A stretch of 64,000 nucleotides of DNA from Thermoanaerobaculia bacterium (GTDB taxonomy: Bacteria > Acidobacteriota > Thermoanaerobaculia > Multivoradales > Multivoraceae). The position numbers were made by a program, and so were the translations under genes. The notes beneath the pieces are model-generated. The model was not told the DNA's origin and ran no database searches. It saw only the letters and a program-made list of their open reading frames with translations. The DNA lies in NCBI GenBank assembly GCA_022822365.1, contig JAJEBV010000008.1:169524-233523 (forward strand), read 5' to 3'. Positions within the stretch are counted from its first letter, which is position 1; each line of letters starts with the position of its first letter. Below, piece by piece: positions 37,001 through 44,382 of the stretch.

Positions 37001-40000
37001 CGGACGCCGCACGACCGCTGCCCGGCCTGGCGGTGCAACGGCACGCTGGAGTGGCTGCGCGAAGACCCGGACGACTACGACCTGCAGCTCCTGGACGGCG
37101 GCTACTCCATGCTGCGCCCGGAGGAGCACACCGCGATGGTTCCGAACCGGGAGCGGGAACGGCTGGAGAACCTGTTCAAGAGCCAGAGCGACGCGGTGAA
37201 CTGCTTCGTCTGCACCGCCACGCTTGAGCTCGGGGTCGACATCGGCGCTCTCGACGCCGTGCTGATGCGCAACGTACCGCCCCTGCCCGCCAACTACTGG
37301 CAGCGAGCCGGCCGCGCCGGCCGACGCCATCGGATGGCCGTTGATCTGACGTACTGCCGGCCCGTGTCTCACGACCGCGCCTACTTCGCCCAGCCCGAGA
37401 AGCTGCTGGCCGGGCGGGTCGACCCGCCGGCCTTCAACCTGAGCAACGACGTGATGGTCCGCAAGCACGTCAACGCTTCCGTTCTGACCGGGTTGCAGCG
37501 GCTCAGTCGGGAGAACGGTGCCGCGCCGGGCAGACTTCCCGCGGCTGAACGGGAGGAGATCGGAGCGGCGCTCGAACGCTGCCTGCCGCGCCGCGTGTCG
37601 GCCTGGCTGTTCGAGGGCGACACCGTGCGTACCGCGCCGTTCGATTTCGGGCCCCTCGCCGAGGTGATCCGGCGGCACCGGCGTACGCTTCTCGCCGAAG
37701 CCGAAGACGCCTTCGCCCAGGGTTGGCCGGCAGCGGACGCCGAGGCGGCTACGCGCGACGTGCTGGGCCGCTGCGTCGACTCCTTCACCGCCGGCCTGAA
37801 AGAAGCCGAACGCTCTCTGCGGCGCCGGCTGGAGTGGGCGCTCGCCCAGATGGAGAGGCTGAACGCGACCCGCCGACCGCGCGGCACGCTCGACCCGGAG
37901 GACAAGGCTCTGTTCCGCCGTTGCGAACAGCTCGTAGAGCGGCTCAAGGGACTTGCGCGCACGAACCGCCGCGACGCCCAGGGGCACTACGACGCGAACA
38001 CGTTCAACGTGTTGGCGGCGCAGGGCTTTCTTCCCGGCTACGGGCTCGAGACCGGGTCCGTCCAGGCGATCGCGGAAGTGCCGGTCTGGCACTCCGGGGC
38101 GCTCGCCTTCAACCTGCCCCGGCCGACCGGCATCGCGCTGCGCGAGTACGTCCCGGGCAACCTGATCTACGCCAACGGGCACCGTTTCGTGGCCAGGAGG
38201 TTCCTGCGCGGTACAGGCGAAGACCGGGAGGAGATGCCCGCGTTCGAGGTCTCGACCGAGCACCAGGCGGTGCGGCAGTGCGACGCCGGCGCTCCGGCAT
38301 CGACGATCGGCGGCGGAACGCTCAGCACGCTCGCGGTCTGCGACGTGGACCTGGCCCATCGGTCCCAGATCTCGGACGACGAGGACTACCGCTTTCAGAT
38401 GGCGGTTGCCGTCCACGGCGTCGAACGCGACGGGCACCGCGGCGGCCGCGCCTTCCAATGGGGCGAGCAGGATGCGTTGCTACGTCACGGCGTCGAACTG
38501 CGACTGGTCAATGTGGGTTCGTCGTCCGCGATCGGCGACGGTTCCGGGCTCGGCTACCCGGTATGTACGGTCTGCGGCCAGAGTGTCTCGCCGCTGTCCT
38601 CCGAGCGCCAGCAGACCGAGTTCACCAAGAGCCACCTGGAGCGGTGCGGGCGCCCGGTGGATCGGATCGGCTTCCACGCTGACGTCACTGCCGATGTCCT
38701 CTCCCTGCCGAGCCTGCCGGAGCCAGCGACCGCCTACAGCGTGCTGGAGGCACTGCGGTTCGGTGCCGCCGGGGTGCTGGACATGCACCTGGACGATTTA
38801 CAGGTCCTGGTCGTGGGCCAGGTCGACCGTCCCGAAGTAAACGCGCTGCTGTGGGACCCGATGCCCGGCGGTTCGGGCCTGCTCGATCAACTCGTCGAGC
38901 GCTTCGACGAAGTCGCCGAGGCCGCGGAAGCCACTGTCGGCGGTTGCGCGTCCGGCTGCGACCACTCGTGCATCGACTGCCTCCAGACCTTCCGAAACGG
39001 CTACTACCACAGCCATCTCAGCCGAAAGACAGCGCTGGAGTGCCTGCGCCAATGGGGGCGCGAACTGGCGCTTTCGCACCCCATTCCCGCTGCCACGCCA
39101 GCCGGTGGCGAGCCCACCGCGCAGCCCGTGAACGAGGCCGAACGCCGCCTCAGGCACCTGCTGACAGCAGCGGGCTTCGCCGAAGGCGTGCGGGGAGAAC
39201 AGATCAACCTCGGCCCGGGCCTGGGCACGACGACGCCCGACGTCATCTACCCGGGCCATGGCGGCATGCCCGATGTCTGCGTCTACCTCGACGGCCTGAG
39301 CGAGCACCTGCACGGGAATCCCCGGACCGCCGAGCGGGACCGGGAGATCCGGTACTGGTTGCGACAGCAGGGCTACGAGGTGGTCGAGATCACCGTGACG
39401 GACCTTGATGACGCCGGAGCGATGGCACGCCACTTCGTGCGGCTCGCGATGTACCTGGGCGCCGAGGAGGTGCGGAAGGCTGTCAGCGTCGGCGGTGCGT
39501 GGTTTGAAGAGGCGGCACCGGCAGGGCCAGCCGCTGCGGCTCCGCCGCCGGAGGAAACTCAGCCAAGCCGGGCCGCCGTACTCCGATTCGTCGAGCCGAC
39601 CCCGGAGAACCGCTACCGAAGCTGCGTGCCGTTTCTGGAAGACCTCGAAGCCGCAGCGGGCAACTTCGGCGACCCTCACGGCGCCTTAGGCGAGATTGGG
39701 GATTCCGGAACCCCTTGGATCGAGGTCGACTTCGGGCGCCAGCCAACGCCCGACATGTTCGCGGCCAGAGTGGCTGGAAGGTCGATGGAGCCACGTATCC
39801 CAGACGGTTCCGTCTGCCTGTTCCGCAGAGGCGTCGCCGGGAGCCGAACTGGCCGCATCGTGTTGGCCCGGCTACGGGACGCCGTCGACCCGGAAACCGG
39901 CGAGCGCTTCACCGTGAAGCGCTATCGAAGCGAGAAGCGGACGGCAGCCGATGGGCCTTGGCGCCATGTCCGGATCACGTTAGAACCGCTGAACCCCGAG

Positions 40001-40117
40001 TTCGCACCCATCGAGCTAGTCGCAGAAAACGACCAAGGTTCGGATGCGATCAACATCCTGGCCGAGTTCGTCGACGTGCTTCACACGGACACTCGGCGCG
40101 AGTCGATGAGGAGCTGA
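34004..40117 (+). CDS. giant multidomain protein: DEAH-box helicase (DrmA-like), Zn ribbons, DUF1998 (DrmB-like), DUF559-like endonuclease and a C-terminal LexA-type S24 peptidase
   Basis: 2037 aa. Walker A TGTGSGKTE (about 34340), DEAH LVFDEAHTF (about 34805), motif VI QRAGRAGRR (about 37300). CxxC pairs CTTCGQ and CRYCGA...CLACGA. DUF1998-like Cys cluster CTVCGQ...CASGCDHSCIDCLQTF (about 38540-39010). DUF559-like AERRLRHLL...VCVYLDGLSEH...YEVVEI (about 39138-39415). S24 domain RVAGRSMEP...GRIVLARL...FTVKRY...LEPLNPEFAPIELV (about 39700-40114) preceded by AAAG (about 39650). Confidence 0.85.
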   Translation: MALNPVVFTEKVLQSFLRYQLRAYPFADPRLHGQMRELLSLDEARQSPLLQGPFVSLSRPFRGGAAVADLADEGLLHPHLEQRIPNDIKELYRHQEKAIRAIVGGRSTLVSTGTGSGKTECFLYPIVSRCLRLRDEGAAAGISAVIVYPMNALAEDQLMRLRSLLAGTGVSFGMYVGKTPEREGDVVGVRLPPGSSQADYEAQLEATRKAKSGESVFPAEEACSREAMRSAGEQPRILLTNVKQLELLLTRQRDAELFHGARLDYLVFDEAHTFTGAMGAETACLVRRLRAFCGRQAADTVCVATSATIVDRERPEAARAFASRFFGVPEESVETVAEDYEEEVWSDERWLPAAAPHGDTAEILADCVAAVEDDVEGPGDAVRRSYRALAGRDLDGDSEPWPEALYGALARSEIVYRLNEALHEPRPLHELPPKLAEAIGRGITEAEILAWLTLAAAARRDGRPLLRPVVHGFVRGIPGAVVSFPGETDQPRLWLAAEDEIEHGGTAPAEGTEPSGEARSARLPVLTCTTCGQHYYEAHLEDFSFTGKRPGGGEPHGDGVVWRKLDEAREGKRVLLVDRLIGGDEHDAEDEGGPAQERRNGNSEAASVLERRTAPVHLCRYCGAAHERPGGNCLACGAPGPRIRLHAVRQKKDRPGVLTSCLSCNALGGRGGGGHYREPARPVRASNAADVHVLAQDMVQQSERRRLLVFCDNRQDAAFQAGWMKDHARRFRLRSLMADGLKDGHRSVGDLTWFLEDALEEDEALSRALIPEVWVVARKEAVGQRHREERRKFLRMQVLREISESARQPLGLEPWGRMKVDYAGLDASLPWIQDQANRLGLPPESMREGVAAALDYVRRQKVLHDAEYKTFTKNWLAGDLEIQQGYLRRTGGPKGVKLKRGPGDDRGRVLQWLSEGGQTTMRQMAVKWGAEPEQAEELLRSLFEMLVERGLLQSVQLLGAHRNPMPNASGVYQVDADRIELSPHRGVYRCRSCRARTVRRTPHDRCPAWRCNGTLEWLREDPDDYDLQLLDGGYSMLRPEEHTAMVPNRERERLENLFKSQSDAVNCFVCTATLELGVDIGALDAVLMRNVPPLPANYWQRAGRAGRRHRMAVDLTYCRPVSHDRAYFAQPEKLLAGRVDPPAFNLSNDVMVRKHVNASVLTGLQRLSRENGAAPGRLPAAEREEIGAALERCLPRRVSAWLFEGDTVRTAPFDFGPLAEVIRRHRRTLLAEAEDAFAQGWPAADAEAATRDVLGRCVDSFTAGLKEAERSLRRRLEWALAQMERLNATRRPRGTLDPEDKALFRRCEQLVERLKGLARTNRRDAQGHYDANTFNVLAAQGFLPGYGLETGSVQAIAEVPVWHSGALAFNLPRPTGIALREYVPGNLIYANGHRFVARRFLRGTGEDREEMPAFEVSTEHQAVRQCDAGAPASTIGGGTLSTLAVCDVDLAHRSQISDDEDYRFQMAVAVHGVERDGHRGGRAFQWGEQDALLRHGVELRLVNVGSSSAIGDGSGLGYPVCTVCGQSVSPLSSERQQTEFTKSHLERCGRPVDRIGFHADVTADVLSLPSLPEPATAYSVLEALRFGAAGVLDMHLDDLQVLVVGQVDRPEVNALLWDPMPGGSGLLDQLVERFDEVAEAAEATVGGCASGCDHSCIDCLQTFRNGYYHSHLSRKTALECLRQWGRELALSHPIPAATPAGGEPTAQPVNEAERRLRHLLTAAGFAEGVRGEQINLGPGLGTTTPDVIYPGHGGMPDVCVYLDGLSEHLHGNPRTAERDREIRYWLRQQGYEVVEITVTDLDDAGAMARHFVRLAMYLGAEEVRKAVSVGGAWFEEAAPAGPAAAAPPPEETQPSRAAVLRFVEPTPENRYRSCVPFLEDLEAAAGNFGDPHGALGEIGDSGTPWIEVDFGRQPTPDMFAARVAGRSMEPRIPDGSVCLFRRGVAGSRTGRIVLARLRDAVDPETGERFTVKRYRSEKRTAADGPWRHVRITLEPLNPEFAPIELVAENDQGSDAINILAEFVDVLHTDTRRESMRS

Positions 40118-40119
40118 GA

Positions 40120-41007
40120 ATGACCTCAGAGTTGGGAGAACTCGTAACGGCGGACCTGCGAAAGGCGTGGTCGCACGAAGCACACGACTTCACGCCCTGG
40201 CTCGCCGAGAACCTGGACCGCCTGTCGGCCGTGATCGGCCTTGATCTGGACCTTGAGGGATGCGAAGTCCAGGTGGGACCGTACCGTGCGGACATCGTGG
40301 CCAATGATCCATCGGATGGCACTCGGGTGCTCATCGAGAACCAACTCGAGGACGCGAACCTCCAGCATCTAGGCCAGGTCCTGGCCTATCTGGCCGGCTT
40401 GGAGGCGAAGGTGGTTGTCTGGATCGCCAAGGAGTTCGACCAACAGCACCGGTCAGCCATCCGGTGGCTGAACGACCACACCGATGATCCGTTCGCCTTC
40501 TTCGCAGTGCGCGTCCGTGTCGTCCAGATTGGGGAGTCACCACTAGCGCCTGTGTTCGAGGTGCTGGAACGCCCGAACGAGTGGGACCGGAGAGTGCACG
40601 ACGACGTCCGGACCGGGGAACTCAGCGAACTCGGCCAGTTCAGGCGTGACTTCTGGAACCACGTCGCCTCGAAGCACCCCACTGAGGTTCGACCGAACTA
40701 CGCCGCTAGTTCCGTTCGTCACGACGTTGAGGCAACCGACCTGGCGGTCACACAGTTCGTTGCTCGCCACGAAGTCGGCGTCTTCCTGGTCGGCAAGCGT
40801 GGGGAACGCGACAAGGAGGTACTAGCAAGAGTCAAGCCCTACCGAAAGGCCCTTCAGGAGAAGCTCGGCGCCAAGCCGACGGACAAGTGGGGAACGAGCG
40901 TTCTGGCGATGGACACGCGCGATCCAACTAACTGGGATCGAGCCGCAGAGTGGCTCCACGATCAGCGGAAGAAGTACGAGAAGGTGCTACGCGACGTCAG
41001 TGATTGA
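40120..41007 (+). CDS. PD-(D/E)xK nuclease-like protein (NucS/RecB-like fold)
   Basis: ATG 3 nt after the giant gene's stop. 295 aa. YRADIVANDPSDGTRVLIENQLE resembles a D...E-x-K/Q restriction-endonuclease-like core. Lower local GC. Confidence 0.5.
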   Translation: MTSELGELVTADLRKAWSHEAHDFTPWLAENLDRLSAVIGLDLDLEGCEVQVGPYRADIVANDPSDGTRVLIENQLEDANLQHLGQVLAYLAGLEAKVVVWIAKEFDQQHRSAIRWLNDHTDDPFAFFAVRVRVVQIGESPLAPVFEVLERPNEWDRRVHDDVRTGELSELGQFRRDFWNHVASKHPTEVRPNYAASSVRHDVEATDLAVTQFVARHEVGVFLVGKRGERDKEVLARVKPYRKALQEKLGAKPTDKWGTSVLAMDTRDPTNWDRAAEWLHDQRKKYEKVLRDVSD

Positions 41008-41028
41008 GCAACCAGTCTCTCGGACGGT

Positions 41029-41394
41029 TCAAGACGCTCCTGACGAAGATGGCCAGGACACCCGAACGCGCTCTCCTCGTATCGTGATCATCGCTCGCGC
41101 CTCCAGAGCTGGGCGTTGCCGCTCAAGCACCTCACTCATCAAGGCGATACGCCTCTCCGCCGGTGTGTCCGGAAGGCGCACTAGGCCCGCATGAGGCACT
41201 GCCTGTACGAAGACGAGTTCACCGAAGTCGGTATCGATCGTAACCAGAATTCGATCGTCTTCAGCGGCAAGCTCCAGCAGCGCACGGTCGCCTGGGTCGG
41301 TCCCAAGCTCCCGTGACTCGACCACATCGTGTCCTTCCTGCCGCAGCCAATCGGCCAACCGGCGACCGGCGCACCGGTCGATGAGGAACCGCAC
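41029..41394 (-). CDS. DUF5615-family PIN-like toxin candidate
   Basis: 121 aa. MRFLIDRCAG...ILVTIDTDFGELV is typical of DUF5615. The start overlaps the stop of an upstream DUF433 gene. Confidence 0.55.
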   Translation of the reverse strand: MRFLIDRCAGRRLADWLRQEGHDVVESRELGTDPGDRALLELAAEDDRILVTIDTDFGELVFVQAVPHAGLVRLPDTPAERRIALMSEVLERQRPALEARAMITIRGERVRVSWPSSSGAS

Positions 41395-41639
41395 TATTCG
41401 CCAACAGTCACGGCGGACAGCGTGTCGCGGGCGATGACCGCGTGGGCGTATGCGGCGCAGGCCCGAACATCGTCCGCTTCCAGACCGGGGTAGTCCTCCA
41501 GGATGGCTTCTTCGGTCACACCCTGCGCCAGCAGGCCGAGGATGAGTTCGACGGAGATCCGCATGTCACGGATGATCGGCTTGCCTCCGAAGACGTCCGG
41601 GCGGGCAGTGATGCGGGCGAGGAGTTCTGTGTTCGTCAT
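41394..41639 (-). CDS. DUF433-family antitoxin candidate
   Basis: Internal ATG at 41639 (MTNTELLARITARPDVFGGKPIIRDMRISVELILGLLAQGVTEEAILEDYPGLEADDV) matches the DUF433 signature. Confidence 0.6.
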   Translation of the reverse strand: MTNTELLARITARPDVFGGKPIIRDMRISVELILGLLAQGVTEEAILEDYPGLEADDVRACAAYAHAVIARDTLSAVTVGE

Positions 41640-41718
41640 GCTCGGGCTCCTCAGGTGGGCAGACTCGTAGCCTACGCTCCGGCCCCCCGGTCGTCCAACT
41701 CCAGAGGCGACTGGTAAC

Positions 41719-44382
41719 TTGGCTCCTATGCCACCAAACCGACGCGCGTTCGCTGTGCTGAGCGGTCTCGCTCTGCTTCTCCTCTCAGCGGGCGCCACGG
41801 TCGCCCAGACACCGTCGAAGCCCAACATCATCGTCATCCTCGCCGACGACCTCGGCGTCGAGACCCTGGGCGTCTACGGCGGCACGTCCTACGAGACGCC
41901 GGAGCTCGACCGGGTCGCCGCGGAGGGGATGCGGTTCGAGAACGGGCACTCGCAGCCGCTGTGCACGCCGACCCGGGTCAAGCTGATGACGGGGCTGCAC
42001 AACCACCGGAACTACCGGGAGTTCATGGAACTTGATCCGGCCGACGTCACGTTCGCCCACGTGCTGGCGCAGGCCGGCTACCGGACGGTGATCTCGGGCA
42101 AGTGGCAGTTGACGAACAACCTCTACGTGGTCCACGAGGGGGCCTCGCCGCAGCAGGCGGGCTTCGACGAGCACCGGCTCTGGCAACTCCGGCGGGAGGG
42201 TCGCGGATCGCGCTACTGGGGACCGACCCTGGTCACGAACGACCGGAAGGAGACCTGGGGTGAAGACATCTTCGGGCCCGATCTGACGAACGACTTCGTG
42301 CTCGAGGCGATCGACGAACACGCTGCGGCGGATCCGGCGACCCGCAAGCCGCTCTTCGTCTACTACCCGATGGCGCTTCCCCACGATCCGTTCGTGACGA
42401 CGCCGCACCATCCGGACGCGGAGTCGAACCAGGAGCGGTTCGCGGCGATGGTGGCCTACATGGACCACCTGGTGGGGCGGGTGCGGGCGAAGCTCGTCGA
42501 GCACGAGCTGGACCGAGACACGCTGCTCCTGTTCATCGGCGACAACGGCACCTCGACCCGGATCACGTCGGTCCGCGACGGCCGGGAGGTCCCCGGAGGC
42601 AAGGGGCGGTCGCTCCAGACCGGCAGCCACGTGCCCTACCTCGCCTGGTGGCCGGGGACGATCCCCGGCGGCCAGGTGAACGAGACCCTGGTCGATGTCG
42701 GCGACGTGTTTCCAACCCTGGTCGAGGCGGCCGGCGCCGGCCTGCCTCCGGGCCTCGACCTGGACGGCGAGAGCCTGCTGCCGATGCTGAAGGGCGGTGC
42801 GCCGCTGGAACGGGACGCCCTGTTCATCCACTACGAGTCACGCTGGTACGCCGGCCCTCCGGCGCGCTATGCCTTCGACGAGCGCTTCAAGCGCTACGAC
42901 GACGGTCGGCTGTTCGACCTCCTCGCCGACCCGAACGAGCAATCGCCGCTCGGCGCCGCGAGCCTCGCGCCGGAAGACGCCGCCCGCGTCGACGCGATCG
43001 ACGCCCTGCTCGCCTCCAAGCCCGGAGCGATCCGCACCGCCGGCGCCTGGAGGCCCCCGACACCCGCCGTCAACCGCTGGACGCCGCCCGCCCACCGGCC
43101 GAACATCCTCCTCTTCATCGCCGACGACATGACGTACAGCGACGCCGGCGCCCTGGGCAACCCCCAAGTCCACACCCCGAACCTCGACCGCCTGGCCGAG
43201 CAGGGAACGACCTTCACCCACATGTACACCGCCACCGCGATGTGCTCGCCCACCCGGCACATGCTCTACACCGGCCAGTACCCGGTGCGAAGCGGCGCCT
43301 ACCCGAACCACGCCAAGGCGAATCCCGGCACGAAGAGCGTCGTCCACTACCTGAGCGGCCTCGGCTACCGGGTCGGCCTGGCCGGCAAGTCCCACGTGGC
43401 GCCCGAGGAGGTCTACCCGTTCGAGAAGGTCGCGGGACGCGACCTCGACCCGGGCCGGATCGGCGAGTTCGTCGGCCGCGATCCGGAGCAGCCCTTCGCG
43501 CTGATCGTCGCCTCGACCGAGCCCCACCAGCCCTGGAGCAAGGGCGATCCGTCACGCTACGACGCGGCGTCGCTCAAGCTGCCGCCCTACTTCGTCGACA
43601 CGCCGGAGACGCGCGAGGCGTTGACCCGCTACTACGCCGAGATCACCTTCATGGACGGCCAACTCGGCCAAGTCCTCGACCTGCTCCGGGAGCACGCCGC
43701 GCACGAGAACACGCTGACCATGTTCTACAGCGAGCAGGGGATCAGCGGCCCCTTGGCCAAATGGACGCTGTACGAAGCGGGCATCCGCACCTCGCTCGTG
43801 GCCCGCTGGTCCCGCAGGATTCCGGCCGGGCGGACGTCAGCCGCGCTGCTCCAGATCAACGACCTTCTGCCGACCTGGATCGAGGCCGCCGGTGGCGCCG
43901 TGCCGCCCGAGATCGAGGGCGAGAGCATGCTCGACCTGCTGCTCGAGCCCGGCCCGAAGCACCGCGACGTCGTCTACGGCATTCAGACGACGACCGGCAT
44001 CATCGCGAACCTGGCGCCCTATCCGATCCGGTCGATCCGCGACGAGCGCTACAAGCTGATCTGGAACATCGCCCACGAGAACCGCTTCACGAACCTGGTC
44101 ACGCAGGAGAACCGCGACGGCTTCTACTTCTCGTGGCGCGACGCCGGGGAAACGGATCCGGCTGCCCAGGCGCTCTACGAGCGCTACCAGCATCGGCCGG
44201 AGTTCGAGTTCTTCGATCTGGAGGCGGATCCGCATGAGATGACGAACCTGGCGGACACACCGCAGCACCAGGAGCGGCTCGCTTCGCTGCACAAGCAGTT
44301 GCGCGCATGGATGGAAGATCAGGGCGATCTCGGGCTGGAAACCGAGATCGAAGCCCCGGAGCACCAGTCGCGGCCGCGCTAG
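41719..44382 (+). CDS. tandem-domain arylsulfatase (two complete sulfatase domains)
   Basis: 887 aa with a signal peptide. Domain 1 has PNIIVILADDLG and the formylglycine motif CTPTR. Domain 2 has PNILLFIADDMT and CSPTR. Confidence 0.85.
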   Translation: MAPMPPNRRAFAVLSGLALLLLSAGATVAQTPSKPNIIVILADDLGVETLGVYGGTSYETPELDRVAAEGMRFENGHSQPLCTPTRVKLMTGLHNHRNYREFMELDPADVTFAHVLAQAGYRTVISGKWQLTNNLYVVHEGASPQQAGFDEHRLWQLRREGRGSRYWGPTLVTNDRKETWGEDIFGPDLTNDFVLEAIDEHAAADPATRKPLFVYYPMALPHDPFVTTPHHPDAESNQERFAAMVAYMDHLVGRVRAKLVEHELDRDTLLLFIGDNGTSTRITSVRDGREVPGGKGRSLQTGSHVPYLAWWPGTIPGGQVNETLVDVGDVFPTLVEAAGAGLPPGLDLDGESLLPMLKGGAPLERDALFIHYESRWYAGPPARYAFDERFKRYDDGRLFDLLADPNEQSPLGAASLAPEDAARVDAIDALLASKPGAIRTAGAWRPPTPAVNRWTPPAHRPNILLFIADDMTYSDAGALGNPQVHTPNLDRLAEQGTTFTHMYTATAMCSPTRHMLYTGQYPVRSGAYPNHAKANPGTKSVVHYLSGLGYRVGLAGKSHVAPEEVYPFEKVAGRDLDPGRIGEFVGRDPEQPFALIVASTEPHQPWSKGDPSRYDAASLKLPPYFVDTPETREALTRYYAEITFMDGQLGQVLDLLREHAAHENTLTMFYSEQGISGPLAKWTLYEAGIRTSLVARWSRRIPAGRTSAALLQINDLLPTWIEAAGGAVPPEIEGESMLDLLLEPGPKHRDVVYGIQTTTGIIANLAPYPIRSIRDERYKLIWNIAHENRFTNLVTQENRDGFYFSWRDAGETDPAAQALYERYQHRPEFEFFDLEADPHEMTNLADTPQHQERLASLHKQLRAWMEDQGDLGLETEIEAPEHQSRPR

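Noticed and set aside
35546-38458. 970-aa minus-strand ORF
   Set aside because: It is antisense to the helicase gene and has no motifs.
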